Part shown: positions 30,559 through 40,546 of the stretch, piece after piece
Position numbering within the stretch: the first letter of the stretch is position 1
How the letters are laid out: the number at the start of each line of letters is the position of its first letter
From: Candidatus Thorarchaeota archaeon
GTDB lineage: Archaea > Asgardarchaeota > Thorarchaeia > Thorarchaeales > Thorarchaeaceae
NCBI GenBank assembly: GCA_016933575.1
Contig: JAFGAR010000028.1
Coordinates: 1-64,000 of the forward strand
DNA length: 64,000 bases
Direction of reading: 5' to 3'
Position numbers and translations under genes: made by a program
The notes under the pieces: generated by a model
The model's database searches: none
What the model saw: only the letters and a program-made list of their open reading frames with translations
What the model was told of the DNA's origin: nothing

Positions 30559-31472
30559 CTATAGACCAGCTTCGCATATCATCTCTTGAATTCTGAGAGT
30601 ACCTATTCTAGTGAACTTGCGTACTGGATATGATAGTAAAACATCCACAGAATCACAGAAAGAAGTTCCCTTTACTTTTCTAGTAATAGGTCCAGCATCT
30701 CGAAAGTGTTCGGTTACAAACTTTGCAAATAGGACTGGTTCCATAGCTGAATAGAATGAGAACCAGTACTCTGAAGGATAGCTATCCCTAAGCCAAGCAT
30801 CAGCATCTTCCTTGGATGATGTCTTTTCGTTATAATGTATCTTAAGATAGAATTCTGTATTATTGCCCAAACTTAGATTCCATCTTACAGAAAACCAAAA
30901 GGCGTTACTCTCTTGCATCTCTTGGAGTGCTCTATTAACTCTTCTTGAAGTTATGCCAAGTTGTTCAGCAATCTTATTTACCGGCATTCGTGCATCTTCG
31001 AGGAGTTGTTTCAGGACGAGTAAATGAATACGTTTCACAGTAAACTTCTCCCCGCGTTGAATAGGAATTGTATGAAGTTCTAGATGAGTAACATGTTTAT
31101 TTGAGCGAAAGAAAGTAGCTAGCTCTTTTAGATCATGAGCGCTTTCATACTCAACATTCACAAAATACAGACGGTTTGAGCTGGTCACAATTTGGCCAGC
31201 TTGGACAAGGCCAAGAATCGTACCAAAATAATCAATCATCGCTTCTTCGTCTTCTTTTCCATCAGTTTGTACTAAGGCAACAAGATAACTGCAGCCTGTC
31301 ATTTCAGGTCGTAGAAGAACTATGAATTCTTCAATTATGCCACTCTAACCAGATTATTCAATCTCTTTCTAACAGCATTGGGTGATATTCCTAGGTCCAT
31401 CGACATAGCTTGATAGGGCTTTCTACAATTTCTATCCAAAGCAAGGATAATTCCTTTATCAATTGAATCCAC
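30559..31472 (-). pseudogene. Tandem-domain Lrp/AsnC regulator with 1-nt frameshift near 31346
   Basis: N-terminal VDSIDKGIILALDRNCRKPYQ..AVRKRLNNLV continues as SGIIEEFIVLLRPEMTG only after a frame change; paralogue reads RLIDTGVIEEF. Confidence 0.75.
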
Positions 31473-31579
31473 TGCACTCACCTGTGAGGTTCATTTAGGA
31501 AGAGCGAGGCACTAAATAAATTGTCTTCTGTAATCTAGAAGAGGGTAGGAGAATAGAATGTAATCTCGCACATGATAAC

Positions 31580-31628
31580 AAAGAGAGAGAGAGGGATGGA
31601 AGGAGTTCTACTGGCACACTCTTTCAGT
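31580..31628 (-). repeat. Inter-gene motif copy G
   Basis: Plus AAGAGAGAGAGAGGGATGGAAGGAGTTCTACTGGCACACTCTTT. Confidence 0.65.
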
Positions 31629-31738
31629 ATGCACAGCTTTGAACAAAATATCCAATGATACGGTCTCTAACGGGGTTTCGAAGTGAAACCCGTGATTTAT
31701 CCTTGACTGATTATGAAGAATGAACCACTCTCTGCAGA

Positions 31739-32197
31739 TTACCAAAAGCTTGGCATAGGTATTGGAATAATGTAAGGCCAGAGATAGAGAATCAGGAAGA
31801 CGATAATGAATATCGTAATCATTCCAGCAAGAGTCTTTGAGTATCCCTTTGGAATGAGCATATCTTCATAATCTATTTTGCGAACAAGAGGGAAGAGACC
31901 CACATAGAATGTTGCAATAGAGATAATCATTGCAAGTAAAACCCATGGATAAAGATCTGGAGAACCAAAGATAACAATAACTGTAAGCATTGAAAGGAAG
32001 AAGATTTTCGTACCAGCAACCCAGTTAATCAAGTACTTTGCAAAGTCGTTTATTTCGGGATGTGATTTTGACTGTTCCCATGCTTTGAAAGCTCCAATCC
32101 CATTGGCTCTTGTAGAGTCCTTTTTGAAATAGAGCATGAGAACGCTACTTAATTCTAGCATCATGAATACAGCGATTGCAACAACAATGAGACTCAT
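31739..32197 (-). CDS. Hypothetical 4-TM membrane protein
   Basis: Hydrophobic segments; hairpin ACGGGGTTTC-GAAGT-GAAACCCGT at ~31670-31693 downstream. Confidence 0.7.
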   Translation of the reverse strand: MSLIVVAIAVFMMLELSSVLMLYFKKDSTRANGIGAFKAWEQSKSHPEINDFAKYLINWVAGTKIFFLSMLTVIVIFGSPDLYPWVLLAMIISIATFYVGLFPLVRKIDYEDMLIPKGYSKTLAGMITIFIIVFLILYLWPYIIPIPMPSFW

Positions 32198-32424
32198 TCC
32201 TTATCTGTAGATAGTGGCACCATAAATATCTAGTCGTATTATTTGGTATGGATCTATCAAACTATAGTTATTTTTTTTTTGCCTCATCGCAAATTTAAAT
32301 ACCAATGAGCTCTCGTATATTCTAAATTTAGCTAGAGAGATTTCCCCGAAAATAGGGATTGAAGAGATGTATGCTGTTCAAAACATTATACAAGTTCAGA
32401 TTTGTGGGTTGAGAGATTCATTGG

Positions 32425-33378
32425 GTGATTGAGTTGAGTAAGCAGAAGTATATACGTCAGTATAGATGGTCCAACGTCTTGGCAATGATGCAAGGTGGAG
32501 CAAAAGAGCTAAAAGAGTGTACTGATGATTTTAAAGGACGATTAGTTGTTATTACAGGAGCAACATCAGGAATAGGGTATGCAGCCGCAAGAGAGTATGC
32601 TTCACATGGCGCGAATCTTCTTCTCATTAATCGAAGCGAAGAAAAATCAATTGCTCTATGTGACGAGATACGTCAAGAATTTCAAGTAGAATGCGATTAT
32701 AAGATTGCAGATTTTTCGCGATTGACTGAAGTACGTAAAGTGGGAAAGGAAATTCTATACTCAGACCTAGACATCGATGTTCTTATCCATAATGCTGGAA
32801 TTTATTCAACAAAAAAGATAATCACTGAAGATGGTAATGAACTGGTCTTTCAAATAGACTATCTTGGTTCTTTCGTGTTGAACTACATGCTTAAGGACAA
32901 ATTGAAAGCACAAGGAAAAGCGCGTATCATCTTCGTAAACTCAGAAGGTCATCGCTTTGCTGTTTTTGGCATTGGTCTACATGATCCCACCTATGAAAAA
33001 CGTCGACATTCCGGTCTAGGAAGTTATGGTGTTGCGAAAGCAGCCCAACTTCTTTCAATGATAAAATTTGTTGAATATTTTGAGGGTAGCGGAGTTACTA
33101 TTAATGCCATTCATCCAGGAAATGTCAAGACTAATAGTGGTTCACAAAATGGTCGAATATATCGCTGGTATAAGAGAAACTTGATTGATCGTTCAGCGAA
33201 AGACCCACAAATATCTGCAACTGCATTGTATTATCTTGGCGTTTCAAAAGAGATTGAAGGCGTAAGTGGCAAGTTCTTCAATCTCACAAAGGAGGAAGAA
33301 CCTGCGCCTCCATCCTTGGACAGGGAGGTAGCAGAGGAGCTTTGGCATAAATCAATTGAGATGGCGGGATTAGAATGA
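32425..33378 (+). CDS. Short-chain dehydrogenase/reductase (retinol dehydrogenase-like)
   Basis: TGATSGIG, HNAG, YGVAK, HPGNVKT. Confidence 0.9.
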   Translation: MIELSKQKYIRQYRWSNVLAMMQGGAKELKECTDDFKGRLVVITGATSGIGYAAAREYASHGANLLLINRSEEKSIALCDEIRQEFQVECDYKIADFSRLTEVRKVGKEILYSDLDIDVLIHNAGIYSTKKIITEDGNELVFQIDYLGSFVLNYMLKDKLKAQGKARIIFVNSEGHRFAVFGIGLHDPTYEKRRHSGLGSYGVAKAAQLLSMIKFVEYFEGSGVTINAIHPGNVKTNSGSQNGRIYRWYKRNLIDRSAKDPQISATALYYLGVSKEIEGVSGKFFNLTKEEEPAPPSLDREVAEELWHKSIEMAGLE

Positions 33379-34970
33379 GTAAAGACAACCATAGAACAAT
33401 TATTGTCGGCGGCGGAATGTCTGGAATAACCGCTGCAGTTTACTTAGCAAGAGCGGGTCATGATGTTCTCCTACTAGAGAAAAACAAGGAATGCGGCGGA
33501 CTCCTCAATTCATTTCAACGCGAAGGATTCACCTTTGATGCAGGAGCGCGATCAATTCTTAATGCTGGAATAATCCATCCAATGCTTAGAGAACTTGATA
33601 TTGAACTTGAATTTCTTGAAAGTCCAGTATCGATAGGAATCGAGAATGATATTATCAACCTTACGCCTGAGAATGCTGTAGATGAATATCGAAAATTGCT
33701 GGAAAGACTGTATCCAGAGAGTGCAGAGGACATCAAAGTGGTAATCTCAAAAATTGAGAGCATCATGAAAGACATGCAGACGATGTATAAAATTGATAAT
33801 CCAAACTTTCGGGAACAAAAAGATGGAGCCTATCTAAAACAGCTTCTAGGTTGGCTACCTGGATTCATCAGGGTCTTAGGTCGAATGGGCAAACAGAGCG
33901 AACCCGTTGAATCATATTTAGCAAAATTGACTTCAAATCAATCCCTAATTGATATTATAGCCCAGCATTTCTTCAAGAAGACTCCAACCTCGTTTGCCTT
34001 GGGTTACTTCTACTCCTATACTGACTACATCTATCCAAGAGGAGGCACAGGTGAGCTACCAAAAGCCTTGGTGCAGAAAATCATCGAGTTTGGTGGAAAA
34101 ATACAAACTGAAACAGAAATAACTGGAGTCAATCCTTCTGAGAAAGAAGTCAGAGACAAAAATGGTAACACGTATTCGTATGATACACTCATATGGAGTG
34201 CAGATTTAAAGACACTATACAGAATATTAGAATTAAATAATTTTGAAGAAAAGGATTCTCAAGAAATCCTGGAACAAAAGGAACTTCTTCTTTCAAAAAG
34301 AGGCTGTGATTCTGTATATTCATTATTTGTAGGTGTAGATGCACCTCTAGAGGAATTCAGCTCCAAATCAAACGGACATTTCTTCTATACACCATCGAAA
34401 CAAGGTCTTGGCGAAACGCACTGGTCTGAACTTGACTCTTTGATTGAGAATTTTGAAACGAAATCAAAGGATGATATTCTTCAATGGCTGGACAAGTACT
34501 GTCAATTAACAACATACGAAATTTCAATCCCTGCATTTAGAGATCCCACATTGGCTCCTAATGGCAAGACTGGTGTAGAGATAAGCATGCTATTCGAATA
34601 CGATTTGTTGAAGAAGGTTAAAGATGCAAATTGGTATGAAGAATTCCAATCTGAGGTAGAAAACCGTATGTTGGATGTTCTTTCCAATTCCATATATCCA
34701 AGTCTGAGAGATAAAGTACTCTTTCAATCATCATCAACACCACTCAGTATTGCTAAAATTGTAGGGACTTCAGAAGGAGCGATTGTGGGTTGGTCTTATT
34801 TATCACCTGTTCCTGTTGTAGACAATCTCAGAAAAATTCCTAGCTCCGTACTGACACCTATTCCTAATGTGTACCAAACAGGACAATGGGCCTATAGCCC
34901 AGCAGGTTTGCCTACAGCAATTATCACTGGTTGGAATGCTGCTCAGAAGATAATCAAGAAGAAAAAATGA
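33375..34970 (+). CDS. Phytoene desaturase-family FAD-dependent oxidoreductase
   Basis: GGGMSG..AA.YL...G..V.LLEK...GG...SF.REGF.FDAG, YPRGG, STP......GAI.GW, GQW..P.G.P.A..TG. Confidence 0.85.
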   Translation: MSKDNHRTIIVGGGMSGITAAVYLARAGHDVLLLEKNKECGGLLNSFQREGFTFDAGARSILNAGIIHPMLRELDIELEFLESPVSIGIENDIINLTPENAVDEYRKLLERLYPESAEDIKVVISKIESIMKDMQTMYKIDNPNFREQKDGAYLKQLLGWLPGFIRVLGRMGKQSEPVESYLAKLTSNQSLIDIIAQHFFKKTPTSFALGYFYSYTDYIYPRGGTGELPKALVQKIIEFGGKIQTETEITGVNPSEKEVRDKNGNTYSYDTLIWSADLKTLYRILELNNFEEKDSQEILEQKELLLSKRGCDSVYSLFVGVDAPLEEFSSKSNGHFFYTPSKQGLGETHWSELDSLIENFETKSKDDILQWLDKYCQLTTYEISIPAFRDPTLAPNGKTGVEISMLFEYDLLKKVKDANWYEEFQSEVENRMLDVLSNSIYPSLRDKVLFQSSSTPLSIAKIVGTSEGAIVGWSYLSPVPVVDNLRKIPSSVLTPIPNVYQTGQWAYSPAGLPTAIITGWNAAQKIIKKKK

Positions 34971-34991
34971 ACTGAAAATGGAGAGATATTC

Positions 34992-35411
34992 ATGTCTGAA
35001 GTTGACAAACTAAAAAAAGGCGTTGGAAAACGTTTGATTCCTTGGGGAATCCTTAGTATCATAGTTGGACTCATAATGTATTTTGGTCTGCCAAATACAA
35101 TTCTGGGTGGTATTGGTCTTCAGGCACTGATCTGGGGATCAATTGATGTAATCATTGCATTATCCATTATCTATAAACAGAAGGAACAATCAGTCACGAA
35201 AATAGCCAAGACCGTATCAGGTAGTATAAAGGTGGATATTCTCGTTCAGATCATTGGACTTGTCATCATCGTGATATTCTTTCAAAATCCATTCTATATG
35301 GGTAACGGAATCGGAATCATCATTCAGGGATTCTTTCTCCTTCTTCTAGACAGTTCTTACCTGAAATCACTAAGGATTCTTGAAACAAAAATTGGAACTC
35401 AAGACACGTGA
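34992..35411 (+). CDS. Hypothetical 4-TM membrane protein
   Basis: WG..S, G.G.Q..IWG.ID, G.GIIIQG.FL..LD; co-oriented with SDR and desaturase. Confidence 0.7.
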   Translation: MSEVDKLKKGVGKRLIPWGILSIIVGLIMYFGLPNTILGGIGLQALIWGSIDVIIALSIIYKQKEQSVTKIAKTVSGSIKVDILVQIIGLVIIVIFFQNPFYMGNGIGIIIQGFFLLLLDSSYLKSLRILETKIGTQDT

Positions 35412-35425
35412 TTAGGAATTCAAAT

Positions 35426-35461
35426 GAAAAGAAAGAGAGAAGTCCTATATTTCACATAGGT
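35426..35461 (-). terminator. Hairpin plus pyrimidine tract (variant of inter-gene motif)
   Basis: Minus CCTAT-GTGAAAT-ATAGG-ACTTCTCTCTTTCTTTTC. Confidence 0.45.
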
Positions 35462-35472
35462 CAGCTGGTTTA

Positions 35473-35755
35473 TTATTTGCTAACCTTTTTTCGCTGAGCT
35501 GAGAGTCTTTTCATCAAGGCGATTGCATACGAAATTAGTAGCATTGCAAAGTATAACATCGTGATGATTGGGTTTGTGAAATTGGCTCCAATCAGGAAAC
35601 CGTGGACAAAAGCGAAGGTGAGTACAATATACATCAATCCGTGGACGACACGCCAGTACTTTTTCACTCTGTTTCGCAATAACCCAGCGAGTATGGCAAT
35701 ATATACCAAATAGAGTGCAGGTCTTCCAGCTAGGCTCCAGAAGGTATACCATGAC
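35473..35755 (-). pseudogene. 3' half of ferric reductase-like TM gene fused to truncated HEPN
   Basis: SWYTFWSLAGRPALY..KYWR..HG.MY.VLTFAFVHGFLIGANFTNP matches C-half of 11384-12010. Confidence 0.8.
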
Positions 35756-36060
35756 ATTCCTAAGTTTAACAAGCTCGACAAGATTACTACCGAGATTCTT
35801 GTCAGTTACACCATGGTTGGTAATGATTTCAATCGTATCTCTGTAAGTTTCAGGTGTACCCCAATGATGATGTGCTATAAGATGTGTGGCAATATCAATG
35901 ATAGATTGTGTGGCAATCTGAAAACTTCGTTCAATAGCAAGTTGCTAATCCTATTCTTTAGGAAATCTTCCTCTTCTATTGCAGCACCTGTTTTGAGAAG
36001 TTCAATCGAAGTCAGTATCTTGTCAAGCTTCATCTTTACTGATTGCTGGTCAAATGTCAA
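35750..36060 (-). pseudogene. HEPN (HepT-like) toxin pseudogene, frameshifted (~35945) and truncated within the R-x4-H motif
   Basis: IERSFQIATQSIIDIATHLIAHHHWGTPETY..VKLRNVMV aligns to 40125-40541. Confidence 0.8.
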
Positions 36061-36066
36061 AAGTTC

Positions 36067-36468
36067 TCACACTCCAATCGATTGCTTGAGGTAATTGTCG
36101 ATGTAAATATTCCAATCAGGATATCTTATCAAAACGTATTCTACATAAGTTTGCCAAACTTCCGTATCATGCGCATAAAGGACTCTTCCATAATGTAAAA
36201 CTCTAAATTGAAGGGTGAATGAAGCCATGTTCAATAATGTCACATCAATGTGGGGCTCTTCAGATGAGTCAAAAAGTGAAAGGACTTCACCGAATATAGC
36301 AGGATATTGATCTTCACTTTATGATACCCTAAAACCAATATCAATATCGCTTTGTGGATGAGTGGTTCCAGTTGCAGTAGAACCAAAAAGGACAATGAAT
36401 TCCAGATCATCACATAATACTTTTTTAATTCTAGCAACAATCCTTTTGAGCTTCCTGTCCGAACTCAT
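36067..36468 (-). pseudogene. MNT antitoxin pseudogene (in-frame TAA at 36319-36321)
   Basis: FIVLFGSTATGTTHPQSDIDIG..*..IDVTLLN..RYPDW..Y..NYLKQSIG, collinear with 40547-40957. Confidence 0.85.
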
Positions 36469-36546
36469 GCATCTCTTTCTCCCAAAGATTTGTCATTTAA
36501 ACAACATAGAATGTTAACATATAAAGTCGAAGGTAATTCAATCTTC

Positions 36547-36592
36547 AAAAGAAAAAGGGATGGAAAGAGGTGCGATTAACGCATTCTCCTTC
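36547..36592 (-). repeat. Inter-gene motif copy F
   Basis: Plus AAAAGAAAAAGGGATGGAAAGAGGTGCGATTAACGCATTCTCC. Confidence 0.7.
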
Positions 36593-36616
36593 AAATCCAT
36601 GAACATAGTTGTTCGA

Positions 36617-37000
36617 TTATCTGCGATTGTGTTCTTCAGCAGACATATCAATTGTAGAATTTATCTCAACAATTGGGGTTCCAGCTTTTTCAATTGTGCC
36701 AAACTTACCAGATTGAAGTCTTATATTTCCCTTGAAGAGACCTACATATCCATTAGTTAGAGTGTAGGTTTCGCCTTCTTTCAGAGTATCAATAGTTTCA
36801 TTCCAGAATGGCATTTGAATTGTACCTGTAGAATCGCCAACTCTAGCATCCAAGACACGGTGTTTTTGACTGTCACTACGGGATTCGACTGTTCTTTCTT
36901 CACCAGTGCTCATGACCTTGAAGGTTATGTTTACACTTTTCATTCCGGGCTTCAGCTCGGCTATTGTAGCCTCGATGGCTTCGATCTTAAAATCTGTCAT
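36617..37000 (-). CDS. ssb: SSB OB-fold paralogue 3 (no Gly tail)
   Basis: Collinear with 29957-30340. Confidence 0.85.
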   Translation of the reverse strand: MTDFKIEAIEATIAELKPGMKSVNITFKVMSTGEERTVESRSDSQKHRVLDARVGDSTGTIQMPFWNETIDTLKEGETYTLTNGYVGLFKGNIRLQSGKFGTIEKAGTPIVEINSTIDMSAEEHNRR

Positions 37001-37160
37001 AATGTATCACTCGCTCTTGCGAATTCAGGTCATTGAAAACTAGGGTAACTTCATGTGGAAGTACAAGAAGGTCGTTAATCCTCGATAAAACCAGTGTTAA
37101 AAGTTTGCATAGTTATTATGCCTGTACTACCGAGCTGCAGAAGTTTGCTTATAGTGTTAT
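37001..37160 (-). promoter_or_regulatory. Conserved ssb promoter/leader, copy 3
   Basis: Shared blocks; minus-strand TATAAG at ~37147-37152. Confidence 0.7.
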
Positions 37161-37174
37161 GTATCTTGCAGTAG

Positions 37175-37198
37175 GAAAAGAAAGAGGAATGGAAGGAG
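37175..37198 (-). repeat. Inter-gene motif half-copy E
   Basis: AAAAGAAAGAGGAATGGAAGGAG, 23 nt identical to 40077-40099. Confidence 0.75.
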
Positions 37199-37296
37199 AA
37201 AGGAATCAAATCCCACTTGTAAAACTTCTATTATTGAAAACTAAAAACGCCGATTAATTAAAATAAGTAAACAGGTATAGAAAAAGGAGGAGGAGT

Positions 37297-39477
37297 GTGA
37301 TTTTGAAACAGCAAAATACTGTACTCAAGCTATTACTTGTATGCCTATTTCTCAGCTTTTTGTGGTCAAATATTCCAAGTTCAATTCAATTTGGTATATC
37401 GAGTCACATTAACAATCATGAAGATGACGTAAATGAATTCATAGGTTTTGATGGTGCTCTAATCTCAGCTGAAACTGAAGAAATCAAGATATCAAATCCT
37501 ATTTGGCTTAGGACATATGGTCCAAATTGGGCTACCAATAACATCGAAGATATTATCGAATGCGCTGATAGTGGATTTTGTATGTTAGGAACGCTAGGCA
37601 ATCCAAACGATGTAGGTTATTTTCCAGATGCAATTTTGTTGAAAACAGATTCGAATGGAAATCAGCTCTGGAATCGAACATATGGACGAGATGATATGGC
37701 CTACGAGTCGGTTCACAACGTTATCGAATGCTCAAATGGGGATTTCGCTTTTGTGGGATCACAGTATGTGTTGGGTACAGACGAATTTCACAGTGGATGG
37801 TTGGTTCGTGTTAATTCAAGCGGTTTTTTGACTTATAATATTACATATCCAGCTGCGCGCGAGTTAGTAGGAATTTCTGAACTTTCAGATGGAAACTTCT
37901 TCATATGTGGGATAACACCGGGAAGAGATGTTTTCATAATGAGAACAGATGAGAACGGGACCATTAAATGGAGCCTTCCATGGGAGCTATTTCTTGATGA
38001 TGAAGTCACAGATATGATTGAATACAGTCCCGGTGAGTTCATTATAGCAGGATATTCATATGATTCCAGTATGATGGTATGGATACCATTTCTATTCAAG
38101 ATCGACCAAGATTCTATGTTTTCTTGGATTAAATTCTATACACTCCTCGGAAGAGTGTATTGTAACTCAATTCTAAAGCTAGATTCAGGTGGAATCCTGA
38201 TGACAGGAATGGCAGTAACTAGCTCTATCGATTTATGGTTTTGCGAAATTGATGAGAATGGTAATTTCATCCGCGAGGCACGACTGCCTAATGAAATTAA
38301 TTATCCACCTAATGATATCATTCAATTAGAAGAAGGCGGTTTTGCAGTTCTTACTAGTTCTAATAGCATTAATCTTGTTAATGCGCAGTATGAACCAATC
38401 GGTAATATTCGATTCGATTCTATTACAGGTAATTCATTCATTCAGTCTGAAAATAAAGAGTTTGTAATTGGAGGTTCAATGAGAATCGAAAATAACTACA
38501 CTCTGACTATAATCAGAGAACCTTTCCTCTGGTGGAATCATTCTGTTATCAACATCCAAGCAGAATATTTGCAGTCGATTTCCCGTGACTTCAATGCTAC
38601 ATGCAGTCAGGGTATTGATAAGTGGACAGTGAATGCGACTGAGTTCTTTGATATCGATTCAAATGGAGTTCTTGGAAATAATTCAATTTTGAATGTTGGA
38701 ACATATCCTATCAAGATAATTGTGAATGATACTTTAGAAAACACTCTAATACAAGAATTTCTAGTAACAGTAGAAGACACGACTTCACCTGAGTGGGTGC
38801 AAGCTCCAGAAGACCAAATTTTAGAACTTGGTACAGATTTAAACTACTCTCTCTATGCTTTTGATCCATCAGGTATAGGAAGTTGGTCTATCAATGCATC
38901 AGGTCTATTTAGCATTAGTTCTGAGGGAAAAATTAACAATGTTAAGCCATTAGAAATTGGAACCTACGGATTAATGGTTACTGTTGAAGATATCTATGGA
39001 AACGATGTTAACGCTGAATTCACGCTTACAGTTACTGATTCAACTGCTCCGATATGGCTCATCTCTCCAAGCAATATTATAAAGAATGAGGATGAATCTA
39101 TACAGTTTTATTTTGTTGCGAGTGACCTTTCTGGGATAGATGCATGGATTTGTAATGACACTACTAATTTCCAAATTACTGATGAGTCATCGCATGATGC
39201 AAGTTCATGTCTATTTACAAATGCGACCATATTGAATGCTGGGTCCTATGGTCTCAACCTAACTGTAACTGATTTATGGGGTAATAAGATCTCATCAATT
39301 TTCAGAGTTACAATAATTGAGATTCCAGAAATATCTGTATCTACAACGACTACTTCTACATCAACCACATCACAGACATCGGATGAATTTCTTCAACCAG
39401 TTGTACTTCTTGCAGCTGGTTCTGGTTGGATTGCTACAATCTTTGTAATCATCATCATGATGAAACGACGAACCTGA
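37297..39477 (+). CDS. Secreted surface protein: beta-propeller-like repeats, Ig/cadherin-like repeats, C-terminal TM
   Basis: LLKTD.NGN.LW.RTYG repeats, VTVEDTT.P.W repeats, Thr/Ser linker, TM, KRRT. Confidence 0.8.
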   Translation: MILKQQNTVLKLLLVCLFLSFLWSNIPSSIQFGISSHINNHEDDVNEFIGFDGALISAETEEIKISNPIWLRTYGPNWATNNIEDIIECADSGFCMLGTLGNPNDVGYFPDAILLKTDSNGNQLWNRTYGRDDMAYESVHNVIECSNGDFAFVGSQYVLGTDEFHSGWLVRVNSSGFLTYNITYPAARELVGISELSDGNFFICGITPGRDVFIMRTDENGTIKWSLPWELFLDDEVTDMIEYSPGEFIIAGYSYDSSMMVWIPFLFKIDQDSMFSWIKFYTLLGRVYCNSILKLDSGGILMTGMAVTSSIDLWFCEIDENGNFIREARLPNEINYPPNDIIQLEEGGFAVLTSSNSINLVNAQYEPIGNIRFDSITGNSFIQSENKEFVIGGSMRIENNYTLTIIREPFLWWNHSVINIQAEYLQSISRDFNATCSQGIDKWTVNATEFFDIDSNGVLGNNSILNVGTYPIKIIVNDTLENTLIQEFLVTVEDTTSPEWVQAPEDQILELGTDLNYSLYAFDPSGIGSWSINASGLFSISSEGKINNVKPLEIGTYGLMVTVEDIYGNDVNAEFTLTVTDSTAPIWLISPSNIIKNEDESIQFYFVASDLSGIDAWICNDTTNFQITDESSHDASSCLFTNATILNAGSYGLNLTVTDLWGNKISSIFRVTIIEIPEISVSTTTTSTSTTSQTSDEFLQPVVLLAAGSGWIATIFVIIIMMKRRT

Positions 39478-39505
39478 AGATGAAATGAAAATTAGATAAA
39501 AGCAA

Positions 39506-39550
39506 GAGAAGAAAGGGGGATGGAAGGAGTGTGACAATTGCACTCCTTTG
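39506..39550 (-). repeat. Inter-gene motif copy D
   Basis: Plus GAGAAGAAAGGGGGATGGAAGGAGTGTGACAATTGCACTCCTTT; hairpin AAGGAGTG..CACTCCTT. Confidence 0.75.
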
Positions 39551-39555
39551 AAGTA

Positions 39556-39990
39556 TCAAAAAGTCTGTGTAGAGTAAGGACCTCTATACTCCATAAAAAA
39601 GACAATGCCTGCCAAGATTGCCACGACTCCAGCTATGATTGCTGGAGAAGTTGCTATGACTCCTAATGATCCCTCAAGTTGCCCTGCGAACATGAATGCT
39701 ACGAGTATTGTAATGATTCCAAAACACACGCCAAAACAAGGAGTTCCCTGGATTCGTTGGCCTGTGTCTTGTCGAATTTCTACATCACCATAGGAACCTA
39801 CTGTTCTGAAGACTGCCATCATACTCCCACTACGAGCAAACAATGCTCCGATGATCATTACAAAAGCAAAGACTCCGGAAGCCATAGCAGCTATTCCATC
39901 TCCAAATCCCACAATGCTAATTATGAGTTGGATAGTGCAGAGGAAGAATGCAACCACAAAGAGCAATGCACTTTTCATTGAACCAGCCAT
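39556..39990 (-). CDS. Hypothetical 4-TM membrane protein
   Basis: Four hydrophobic helices; RBS GGTGG. Confidence 0.7.
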   Translation of the reverse strand: MAGSMKSALLFVVAFFLCTIQLIISIVGFGDGIAAMASGVFAFVMIIGALFARSGSMMAVFRTVGSYGDVEIRQDTGQRIQGTPCFGVCFGIITILVAFMFAGQLEGSLGVIATSPAIIAGVVAILAGIVFFMEYRGPYSTQTF

Positions 39991-40076
39991 TCAAAAGACC
40001 ACCAATCGTTTTGTACTAAAAAAGAAAAGCTTCCACTCTAATGAATATATTCCTACAAATATATCCCATATAATCT

Positions 40077-40120
40077 AAAAGAAAGAGGAATGGAAGGAGT
40101 GCGACAGGCTCACCTGAGCA
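40077..40120 (-). repeat. Inter-gene motif copy C
   Basis: Plus AAAAGAAAGAGGAATGGAAGGAGTGCGACAGGCTCACCTGAGCA. Confidence 0.75.
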
Positions 40121-40124
40121 GATT

Positions 40125-40541
40125 TCAGATGAACTTCAGAATTGCATCAGCAAACAATTTTGCATCAATGATAATTGCTATTGCACTTTGATATACTATG
40201 GTGGGGTCTACGGCTATATATAGATGAATAAGTATGTTCCTCAGTTTAACAAAATCAATCAATCGGTCTGCGAGGAGAGAATCAATAATCTTGTGATTGG
40301 CAATTATCTTTACAGCATCACTATATGATTTTGGAGACCCCCAATGATTATGTGCTACTAGATGAGTACAGATATCGATAATTGCTTGAGCGATAATCTG
40401 AAGATTCCTCTCTATTGCACCTTGGAGTAGCTCATCTTTCAAATATTGCTCTTGAGTCATAGTTTCAATGTGTTTGATACGAGTGACTCGTTCGAGAATG
40501 ATATCTAATCGTGCTTTCACAACTAAGGGATCTACAGCCAT
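40125..40541 (-). CDS. hepT: HEPN RNase toxin (DUF86/HepT-like, type VII TA)
   Basis: AIERNLQII.QA.IDI..H, intact RNILIHLY (R-x4-H-x-Y); start set at MAVDP. Confidence 0.85.
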   Translation of the reverse strand: MAVDPLVVKARLDIILERVTRIKHIETMTQEQYLKDELLQGAIERNLQIIAQAIIDICTHLVAHNHWGSPKSYSDAVKIIANHKIIDSLLADRLIDFVKLRNILIHLYIAVDPTIVYQSAIAIIIDAKLFADAILKFI

Positions 40542-40546
40542 TGAAA

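Noticed and set aside
31670-31693. Hairpin as possible SECIS or ncRNA
   Set aside because: No AUGA/GA core and no upstream in-frame UGA; best read as a terminator stem
32425-34970. Carotenoid biosynthesis cluster
   Set aside because: No phytoene synthase, cyclase or prenyltransferase adjacent
36319-36321. Stop-codon recoding in the MNT copy
   Set aside because: The codon is TAA at a non-catalytic site and the partner gene is also broken
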